This document shows positions 7,696-14,036 of a stretch of 14,036 bases of DNA, one piece after another. A program made the position numbers and the translations under genes. The notes beneath the pieces are model-generated. The model was not told the origin of the DNA and searched no databases. It saw nothing but the letters and a program-made list of their open reading frames with translations. Numbering within the stretch: position 1 is the stretch's first letter; each line of letters begins with the position of its first letter. This DNA comes from Archangiaceae bacterium (GTDB taxonomy: Bacteria > Myxococcota > Myxococcia > Myxococcales > Myxococcaceae), in the NCBI GenBank assembly GCA_043750125.1, contig JAYVCD010000030.1, forward strand, positions 1 through 14,036, in the 5' to 3' direction.

Positions 7696-9153
7696 TTGAG
7701 TGTCCCCTTAATTCGAATTCGGCGGCTGAACGAACAGCCGGTGTTGGCCCGCGGAAGCTACGTCCTTTACTGGATGACGGGAGCCCGTCGCCTGGAAAAA
7801 AACTTCGCGCTCGATCGGGCGATCGAGCTGGCGCGCGAAAAACGGCGGCCGCTGTTGATTTTCGAGGCACTGCGCTGTGGGTACCCCTGGGCCAGCGATC
7901 GGATTCATCGGTTCGTGATCGACGGAATGGAAGTCAACCGGCGCAAGTGCAAGAGCGCGGGAGTCACCTATCTCGCGTACGTCGAGCCGAAGCCGGGCGC
8001 CGGCGCGGGCCTGCTCGAGATGCTCGCGCAAGAGGCCTGCGCGGTCGTGACCGATGACGTGCCGGTGTTCTTCCTTCCCCGCATGCGCAACGCGGCCGCG
8101 GGTCGGCTCGAGGTCTGTCTGGAAGCGGTCGACTCGAACGGGCTGTTTCCGCTCTGGGCGACCGACCGGGTGTTCACCACCGCGTTCTCGTTTCGGGCGC
8201 ATCTGCAAAAGACGTTGGGACCGCTGCTGACCCAGATGCCGCTGGACCAGCCGTTCGAACGACTGACGGCGAAGCGGGCGCCGCTGCCCGAGGGGATCGA
8301 GAAGCGGTGGCCCTCGCAGCCGAACCTCGCGCTGCTTCCCATCGACCATTCGGTCGGCCCGGCGGCGTTCGTCGGAGGCAGCGACGCGGCCGATGCGCGG
8401 CTGACCCACTTCGTACAGAACGTGATCAGCGGGTGGCCCGACAGTCGAAACGAGCCCGAGGTCGACGGGACCAGCCGCCTGTCGCCGTATATGCATTTCG
8501 GCCACGTCGGCTCGCACCAGGTCTTCGCCGCGATCGCCAGGCGCGAGAATTGGACGCCCGAGAAGCTGGGCAAAAGCAATGGGGGAAAGAAGGAAGGGTG
8601 GTGGCAGATGTCGCCCGAAGCCGAAGCCTTCCTCGACGAAGCCATCACCTGGCGCGAGCTCGGGTACAACTACGCGAGCCACTGCAACGACCCTCCGGCC
8701 GACTTTCAAACCCTGCCGCGCTGGGCGATTTCGACGCTGGCCAAGCACGAGAAAGATCCCCGCCCGGTCGTCTATTCGCTCGAACAGCTCGACGAAGCGC
8801 AGACCCATGATCCGCTCTGGAACGCCGCGATGAACCAGATGAAGAGCCAGGGCTGGATGCACGGCTACCTGCGGATGCTGTGGGGAAAGAAGATCCTCGA
8901 ATGGTCAGCGACTCCCCCGGCGGCGCTGGCTGCGATGGAGCACCTGATGAACCGGTACTCGGTCGACGGCCGAGATCCGAATTCCTATTCCGGGTTCTTC
9001 TGGGTGCTGGGTCGCTATGACCGCCCCTGGGCCCCCGAGCGGAAGATCTTCGGCAGCGTCCGTTACATGAGCAGCTCGAACACCGAGAAGAAGATGAAGG
9101 TGAAGAAATACATCGAGACCTACCAGTCGCCTTTGCGATCGGTCTTGCGCTGA
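7696..9153 (+). CDS. phr: Class II CPD DNA photolyase
   Basis: YVLYWM...RR...NFAL, SRLSPYMHFG, EAFLDEAITWRELGYN, THDPLWNAA..QM...GWMHGYLRMLWGKKILEWS, DGRDPNSYSGFFW..GRYDRPW..ERKIFGSVRYMS (class II signature). The TTG start at 7696 is an estimate; the track start at 7513 would overlap crtE. Confidence 0.93.
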   Translation: MSVPLIRIRRLNEQPVLARGSYVLYWMTGARRLEKNFALDRAIELAREKRRPLLIFEALRCGYPWASDRIHRFVIDGMEVNRRKCKSAGVTYLAYVEPKPGAGAGLLEMLAQEACAVVTDDVPVFFLPRMRNAAAGRLEVCLEAVDSNGLFPLWATDRVFTTAFSFRAHLQKTLGPLLTQMPLDQPFERLTAKRAPLPEGIEKRWPSQPNLALLPIDHSVGPAAFVGGSDAADARLTHFVQNVISGWPDSRNEPEVDGTSRLSPYMHFGHVGSHQVFAAIARRENWTPEKLGKSNGGKKEGWWQMSPEAEAFLDEAITWRELGYNYASHCNDPPADFQTLPRWAISTLAKHEKDPRPVVYSLEQLDEAQTHDPLWNAAMNQMKSQGWMHGYLRMLWGKKILEWSATPPAALAAMEHLMNRYSVDGRDPNSYSGFFWVLGRYDRPWAPERKIFGSVRYMSSSNTEKKMKVKKYIETYQSPLRSVLR

Positions 9154-9506
9154 CTGGTGTGTTTCTTGGTCGAGATCCGACGTTGAACCGAGCCCCAGCT
9201 GGGCTTGGTGGGGCGCCGGGGCCGCTGTTCGACCGACATCTGCTTGAGCTTGAGCCGAAGCCGCTCGAGCGCCACTCCACGGTTTTGAAGCTGGCTGCGG
9301 CGCTCGGTGGCGGTGATCACCGTGGCGGTGACGTGGTGGGTCAGCCGGACGCCGCTCTCGGTCTTGTTGCGATGCTGCCCGCCCGGGCCGCCGGCGATGA
9401 AAAATTCTTCACTGCACTCTTTGAGCAGGGCCTCGTCGCTCAGCCCCAAAGACCGCCGGGCCGCGGCGCGCAGGTACGCCGGCACAATCGGATCTTGGGT
9501 GCTCAT
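9120..9506 (-). CDS. ArfB-like peptidyl-tRNA hydrolase (RF-1 GGQ domain with basic tail)
   Basis: FFIAGGPGGQHRNKTESGVRLTH, ERRSQLQNR..ALERL and basic tail RPRRPTKPSWGSVQRRISTKKHTSQRKTDR. ATG at 9506; converges on phr and overlaps it by 34 nt. Confidence 0.88.
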   Translation of the reverse strand: MSTQDPIVPAYLRAAARRSLGLSDEALLKECSEEFFIAGGPGGQHRNKTESGVRLTHHVTATVITATERRSQLQNRGVALERLRLKLKQMSVEQRPRRPTKPSWGSVQRRISTKKHTSQRKTDRKGDW

Positions 9507-9559
9507 GCCAACGCTGACGTAGCCCAACCCGGGCGCTGACGTTAGCCTCTGGGCTTTCC

Positions 9560-10123
9560 GTGTCTTCCTCCCACTTCCACAGCAGCCTCACCCAGGGCCA
9601 GGTGCACTTCGTCGCCGGGCGTTTTCTGCAGGCGCACGAGGCGTGGGAGGAAGGCTGGCGGGTGACCCTCGGCACCGAGAAGCAACTGCTGCAGGTGTTG
9701 GTGCTGTGGGCGACCGCGTTCCACCACCGGGGAAAGGAAAACCGCAGCGGAGCTTTGAGCGTGATGACGCGCGCGATCGAGCGGCTCTCGGTCCCTCCGA
9801 TTCAAAAGGCGCCTTTCGACGTAGAGAGCCTGCGAGAGGCGCTGGTCGAAAGCTGGGAACGGCTGTCGACCGACGGGCCCACCCTGCCCGTTCCTCCGCA
9901 GTGGGATCCGAACGCAATGCCCGAGCAGCTCGACGACATCGACTTCACCCAGCGCACGCTGTGCCCCTACTGCGCAGAGCCCGTCGCCATCGCGCTCGAC
10001 CTCGAGCAGTCGAAAGGAACCCAGTACGTCGAAGACTGCCCGGTGTGCTGCAACCCGTGGACGGTGATCGTGCGCGAAGAGGGCGGCCAGAGATCCGTCG
10101 TCCTCCAGCGGGGCGACGAATAA
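9560..10123 (+). CDS. DUF309-like domain fused to a CPXCG-type cysteine-rich (zinc ribbon) domain
   Basis: N-half GQVHFVAGRFLQAHEAWEEGW...LLQ.L....AFHH...N..GA (DUF309 HExxExxW pattern). C-half CPYCAE.....D...G.QYVEDCPVCCNPW. Stop overlaps the next ATG (TAATG). Confidence 0.8.
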   Translation: MSSSHFHSSLTQGQVHFVAGRFLQAHEAWEEGWRVTLGTEKQLLQVLVLWATAFHHRGKENRSGALSVMTRAIERLSVPPIQKAPFDVESLREALVESWERLSTDGPTLPVPPQWDPNAMPEQLDDIDFTQRTLCPYCAEPVAIALDLEQSKGTQYVEDCPVCCNPWTVIVREEGGQRSVVLQRGDE

Positions 10124-11007
10124 TGGGGGCCAAAGTCGAGACCGCGCTGGGGCTGCTCAACGGGCTCGTCGGCGATTACCTGGTGCGGAACAAGAACCCG
10201 CTCGCCGTGCAGATGGTCTGCCTGCCCCGGAAGGGACTGCCAAACTCGAGCCGGGCGGTGGTGTTGATTCACGGGCTGATGGGCACCGAGCGCACCTGGG
10301 AATTCAAAGAGGGAGAAGACTACGGCTCGATGCTCAGCCGGGATCAAGGGTGGGCGCCGCGGTACCTTCGCTACAACACCGGGCTGACGATCTCTGAAAA
10401 TGGCGCAAGCCTGAGCCAGACGCTGCAGGCCCTGGTGGCGGGGTGGGACGGACCGCTGAGCGAGATCATGCTGCTGGGCCACAGCATGGGCGGCCTGGTC
10501 GCGCGGGCGGCCTGTCATGTCGCGGGCGTTGCGGGGGACACCCGGTGGCTGCCTTTGGTGAAGAGGGCGATCTACGTCGGGACTCCGCACCGGGGCGCGC
10601 CGATGGAACGGATCGGCCGGGTGGTCTCGAAGGTCTTGCAGAGGCTCGAAGACCCCTACGCCCAGCTGATCGCACAGATCGCCGAGCTGCGCAGCGACGG
10701 AATCAAGGACCTGGGAGACGCGGAATTGCGTGAAGAAGATCGCGCGCGGCGGCGGGCCCGCTTCACCCTGCGCGACCCCTACCACCCGGTGCCCCTGCTG
10801 CCGCAGATTCGCCACCTGCTCATCGCCGGCACGATTCACCCCACCCCCTGGCTGGGAACGCTGTTCGGAGATTCGATCGTGCCCCTGGCGAGCGCGACGT
10901 TGGGCCTGCTCGACGCGAAGATCATTCCCGGGATTTCCCACCTGCCGCTGGCCCATCGGGCCGAGGTCTACGAAGCGATTGCACCCTGGTGTGCCGAGGA
11001 GGCGTGA
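10123..11007 (+). CDS. PGAP1-like alpha/beta hydrolase (esterase/lipase)
   Basis: VVLIHGLMG, YLRYNTGL.I.ENG, nucleophile GHSMGGLVAR, GTPH.GAP.E, GDSIVP and SHL.L give a plausible Ser-Asp-His triad. ATG at 10123 is coupled to the upstream stop. Confidence 0.88.
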   Translation: MGAKVETALGLLNGLVGDYLVRNKNPLAVQMVCLPRKGLPNSSRAVVLIHGLMGTERTWEFKEGEDYGSMLSRDQGWAPRYLRYNTGLTISENGASLSQTLQALVAGWDGPLSEIMLLGHSMGGLVARAACHVAGVAGDTRWLPLVKRAIYVGTPHRGAPMERIGRVVSKVLQRLEDPYAQLIAQIAELRSDGIKDLGDAELREEDRARRRARFTLRDPYHPVPLLPQIRHLLIAGTIHPTPWLGTLFGDSIVPLASATLGLLDAKIIPGISHLPLAHRAEVYEAIAPWCAEEA

Positions 11008-11268
11008 ATGGATCGTTGGCGTGGGTTGGTGGTGTTGGTCAAAGAAGCGGTCGAGAACGGCTCGATCGCCGTCGAGAAGATTCAAAAAGAGACCGCCAAC
11101 CGGCCGTTTGGGGTGCTCGAAAAAATCCCGCCCATCGCGGGGCCGGCGAAGGTCGTTCACACCCTTCATGACGTGGCGGTGTCGACGACCCACACCGCGA
11201 TTCGCCTCGTCAACCGGGTCTTGGGTGACGCGCTCGACACGGTGCTGGCCTCGGTCGAACGGGAATAG
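11008..11268 (+). CDS. Small helical hypothetical protein, probable partner of the hydrolase
   Basis: 86 aa; ATG directly after the hydrolase TGA; amphipathic helical pattern (RWRGLVVLVKEAVENGS.AVE.I...; T.TAIRLVNRVLG..LD.VL). Confidence 0.8.
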   Translation: MDRWRGLVVLVKEAVENGSIAVEKIQKETANRPFGVLEKIPPIAGPAKVVHTLHDVAVSTTHTAIRLVNRVLGDALDTVLASVERE

Positions 11269-11305
11269 CCGCAACTTTGAGGGCAAACGAAGGTAGAGGA
11301 GTGTC

Positions 11306-13348
11306 TTGAGCGCCAAACTGCCCGTCACCTTCGATTCGCTCGGTCTTCCCGCCCCCCTCCTCGCCGCGCTTTCCAAGCTCGGTTACGAAGAGCCGACTCC
11401 CATTCAACGGGAAGCCATTCCCGCGCTGCTGGCCGGAAAAGACGTCCTCGGCCAGGCCGCGACGGGCACCGGAAAGACCGCTGCGTTCGCGCTGCCGCTG
11501 CTCAGCCGACTTCAGGTTGGCAAGTGCAAGCAGTTCGAGACCGCCGCGCTGGTGTTGGTGCCCACGCGCGAGCTGGCGCTGCAGGTGACCGAAGCGATTC
11601 GAAAGTACGGCAGCACGATGGGGGTCAGCGTCCTCGCCGTCTACGGGGGAGAAGAGATCGGCAAGCAGCTCAAGCCGCTGCGCAAAGGCGTCGACATCGT
11701 GGTGGCGACCCCGGGTCGGGCGATCGACCATCTGAAGCGCAAGAGCCTGCTGCTGACCAAGGTCGTCACCGTGGTGCTCGACGAGGCCGACGAGATGCTC
11801 GACATGGGCTTCGCCGAAGACCTCGAGACGATTCTTCAGGCGCTGCCCGAGAAGCGTCAGACGGCCTTGTTCTCGGCCACGATGCCCTCGCGCATCATCA
11901 AGATCGCCGAGCGCCACCTGAACTCTCCGGTGCGGGTCAGCATCGCGCGCCAGGCCGCGACGCCCGGCGAAGCGCCGAAGGTTCGCCAGACCGCCTACGT
12001 GGTGCCGCGCCGGTTCAAGACCGTGGCGCTGATGCGAATCTTCCAGCTCGAGAAGCCGCAGAGCGCGCTGATCTTCTGTCGGACCCGCGACGAGGTCGAC
12101 GAGCTGTCGAGCCTGCTGATCCAGCAAGGAGAGCCGGCGGCCGCACTGCACGGAGGGCTGACCCAGGAACAGCGCGACCGGGTGATGAAGAAGTTCAAGA
12201 CCAGCGCGGTGAAGTTCCTCGTCGCCACCGACGTGGCCGCCCGCGGGCTGCACATCGAGAACCTCTCGCACGTCATCAATTATGACGTCCCCAATTCCCC
12301 CGAGGCCTACGTGCACCGAATCGGGCGCACCGGGCGGGCAGGACGCGAGGGCGCGGCGATCACCCTGGCCGAACCGCAAGAGACGCGAATGTTGCAGGGC
12401 CTCGAGCGCGCGGTCGGAAGCAAGATCGCGCTCGCGAAGGTCCCCACCCCGGAAGAGCTGCGTGCGATTGCGCTGCAGCAGACGCGCGAGGCGGTGCTGG
12501 AAGCGGCTCGGGCAAAGAAAGGGGAGGCGCTGAAAGGGTGGATTGCAGAGGTCGCAGCCGAGCTGGACCTGGCCGATCTTGCCGCCGCGGCGATCGAGCT
12601 GCTGCACACTGCCCAGCACGGGGCGCAGGCGGTCGACGAGATTCAGATTCCCACCTGGGCTGCGTCAGGGCCGGGCGCCGGGAAATCGCGAGGCGCAACC
12701 CACGCTCCGGCGCGTCAAACCCATGCCACGGCCCGGAAGGACGAACGCCCCCCGTCGCGGAAGGATGAACGACCTGCGGCGCACGCTGCGGCTCGCCGCG
12801 AAGACGGACCTGCGCGAGAGCCTCGACCTTCGTCCCGAGGCGATCGCCCCACCCAGGCTCCCCCTCGAGCTTCGAGCCGCGAGAATCGACCTCCGCCCCG
12901 AGAACGACCCGCGAGCCGCGATGATCGCCCCACTTTCGGCGCCGGCCGACCTTCCCATCGGGACGATCGCCCTTCGAGCACCCGCAACGAACGACCTTCG
13001 AGCCGCGACGACAAACCTTCCTTTCCTCCGACGCGCCGCGAGGATCGTCACGATCGCCCGCCGCTATCGTTTGGAACGCCGCAGCACAAGTCGCACAAGC
13101 GGCAGGACGCCGAGGCGAAGGTCACGCTGTGGATTGGAGCGGGCGAACAAGCCGGCATTCGGCCCCAGGATCTCGTCGGGGCGATTGCGAACGAGGCGAA
13201 GATCGACTCGAAACAAATCGGCCCGATTCAGATTCGCGAAGGGTTCTCACTGGTCGGGGTGCCCGAAAGTGACGTCGATCGGGTGGTCGCGGCGATGCGG
13301 AACACGACGCTGCGGGGCCGAAAAGTTCAGGTCCGACGCGAACGTTGA
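11306..13348 (+). CDS. deaD: DEAD-box RNA helicase, DeaD/CsdA-like, with C-terminal DbpA-type RNA-binding domain
   Basis: Q motif (F..LGL...LGYEEPTPIQ), ATGTGKT, PTRELA, TPGR, DEAD, SAT, TDVAARGL, YVHRIGRTGRAG, and C-terminal IGAG...GIRP.DLVGAIANEA.I....IG.I.I. TTG start preceded by GAGGAG. Confidence 0.92.
   Translation: MSAKLPVTFDSLGLPAPLLAALSKLGYEEPTPIQREAIPALLAGKDVLGQAATGTGKTAAFALPLLSRLQVGKCKQFETAALVLVPTRELALQVTEAIRKYGSTMGVSVLAVYGGEEIGKQLKPLRKGVDIVVATPGRAIDHLKRKSLLLTKVVTVVLDEADEMLDMGFAEDLETILQALPEKRQTALFSATMPSRIIKIAERHLNSPVRVSIARQAATPGEAPKVRQTAYVVPRRFKTVALMRIFQLEKPQSALIFCRTRDEVDELSSLLIQQGEPAAALHGGLTQEQRDRVMKKFKTSAVKFLVATDVAARGLHIENLSHVINYDVPNSPEAYVHRIGRTGRAGREGAAITLAEPQETRMLQGLERAVGSKIALAKVPTPEELRAIALQQTREAVLEAARAKKGEALKGWIAEVAAELDLADLAAAAIELLHTAQHGAQAVDEIQIPTWAASGPGAGKSRGATHAPARQTHATARKDERPPSRKDERPAAHAAARREDGPAREPRPSSRGDRPTQAPPRASSRENRPPPRERPASRDDRPTFGAGRPSHRDDRPSSTRNERPSSRDDKPSFPPTRREDRHDRPPLSFGTPQHKSHKRQDAEAKVTLWIGAGEQAGIRPQDLVGAIANEAKIDSKQIGPIQIREGFSLVGVPESDVDRVVAAMRNTTLRGRKVQVRRER
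12730..13075 (+). repeat. Degenerate coding tandem repeats (RPSSRDDRP-like) in the helicase linker
   Basis: RKDERPPSRKDERP, RPSSRGDRP, RASSRENRP, RPASRDDRP, RPSHRDDRP, RPSSRDDKP; recurring DNA words such as cgaccttcg and gagccgcga. Confidence 0.75.
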
Positions 13349-13518
13349 ATTGCCGGCTTCCAGGCAAGGTTGAGGCGCGCCGATTGGCGGGGCGGAGGGT
13401 CGAGTCGGGGGCGGGCTTCTTTTCCTGACGAAATCAGCTGCAATTCCAGCTCGTCGCGCATTTTGTGTACGTCTTCACTGCTCTCTTCTTCGGCTTCCAG
13501 ACGGTAGGTTTCACCCAT
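13327..13518 (-). CDS. Small hypothetical protein (63 aa)
   Basis: ATG at 13518 preceded by GAGGTG; acidic N-half (EAEEESSED) and basic/Pro C-half; fills the gap downstream of a same-strand gene; overlaps the deaD 3' end by 22 nt. No recognisable family. Confidence 0.4.
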   Translation of the reverse strand: MGETYRLEAEEESSEDVHKMRDELELQLISSGKEARPRLDPPPRQSARLNLAWKPAIQRSRRT

Positions 13519-13565
13519 TGCCACCTCGGGGACGGGTTCACTTGGGGTGCCAGCGAACAACGGAA

Positions 13566-14036
13566 TCAAGGGCACGCGAATTCCTGGAGTGCTGTGTCGG
13601 CGGAGCCGGAATTGCGAGGGTCTTTCTGGTACTTGGGCCATTGGGCGGTCACGTCGATTCCCCGGGCGTCGACCACCACGGCGTAGAGGGTGCCGCTGCG
13701 CGCCGCCGCGTAGAGGACGCCCGGTCGACCTGCAATGAGCACCCCCAACGCGGTGCGGGCGCAGTCCAGCGCGGGCGAGGCTTCGAAGGCCAGGGAAGTG
13801 GCTGCATCGAGCGGCGAGGACCACAAGCGCACCGGTTTGCCCGCGAGGTAGCTCCATTGGCTCAGCGCACCGTTTTCAGCCAGGGCGAAGAGCCGACCGC
13901 CTTCGCCCAGCACCGGAGTGTTCGCGATTCCATCTCCCCCGCCGACCACCGTGATCGCACTCGAGACCGCAGCGATGCCGGTGGGAATTCCGACGAGGAC
14001 CAGACCATCGGACGCCACCACCGGACCGTGAGCCGA
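13566..14036 (-). CDS. C-terminal part of a probable beta-propeller (PQQ-like) cell-surface or secreted protein; starts beyond the right edge
   Basis: Frame open to the edge (SAHGPVVASDG...). Repeated blade-like segments PVVASDGLVLV, TPVLGEGGRLFAL, GVLYAAARSGTLYAVVVD, and the terminal motif WPKYQKDPRNSG. Confidence 0.65.
   Translation of the reverse strand, partial: SAHGPVVASDGLVLVGIPTGIAAVSSAITVVGGGDGIANTPVLGEGGRLFALAENGALSQWSYLAGKPVRLWSSPLDAATSLAFEASPALDCARTALGVLIAGRPGVLYAAARSGTLYAVVVDARGIDVTAQWPKYQKDPRNSGSADTALQEFACP

Noticed and set aside
7513-7870. Overlapping 5' extensions of phr (from 7513) and crtE (from 7870)
   Set aside because: Homology starts near 7696 and 7537 respectively; the region between looks like a promoter, and crtE ATG 7537 has a strong RBS.
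9643-10122. 160-aa N-terminal extension of the hydrolase
   Set aside because: Alternate frame of the DUF309/CPXCG gene; the TAATG coupling supports a start at 10123.
286-12619. Long antisense or alternate-frame ORFs (e.g. 286..1512-, 1822..3027+, 4099..5082+, 5199..6836+, 7708..8862-, 9967..11376-, 11210..12619-)
   Set aside because: Shadow ORFs of well-supported genes, expected in high-GC DNA; no recognisable motifs.
12730-13075. Repeats read as a CRISPR array or mobile-element repeats
   Set aside because: Degenerate, in-frame coding repeats without constant repeat/spacer lengths; no cas or transposase genes in the window.
13350-13425. Intrinsic terminator after deaD (TTGCC...GGCAA; T-run near 13417-13423)
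   Set aside because: The 5-bp stem has no adjacent U-tract, and the T-run has no convincing hairpin before it.

Overview
GC-rich bacterial DNA, most likely from a myxobacterium (inferred from close resemblance to recalled Myxococcus xanthus Crt/CarH proteins). The core is a light-protection locus. A minus-strand, translationally coupled operon crtE-crtIa-crtB-carH-crtIb is transcribed divergently from a class II CPD photolyase, and the shared intergenic region holds a sigma70-type promoter and CarH-type 11-bp direct repeats. carH carries a 1-nt frameshift near 3391 (sequencing error or real lesion) and lacks the Trp of the Wx9EH motif. Left flank: the N-terminus of a Ser/Thr kinase-like protein absent from the ORF track, with an apparently charge-swapped K/E salt bridge, then apt-mtnP. 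Right flank: an ArfB-like GGQ peptidyl-tRNA hydrolase, a three-gene operon (DUF309 + CPXCG zinc-ribbon fusion, PGAP1-like hydrolase, small helical protein), a DeaD-like DEAD-box helicase with a long R/D/P/S repeat linker, a small hypothetical gene, and the 3' end of a propeller-like protein. No RNA genes, CRISPR arrays or mobile elements were seen. Homology calls come from motif recognition and recalled sequences, not database searches.
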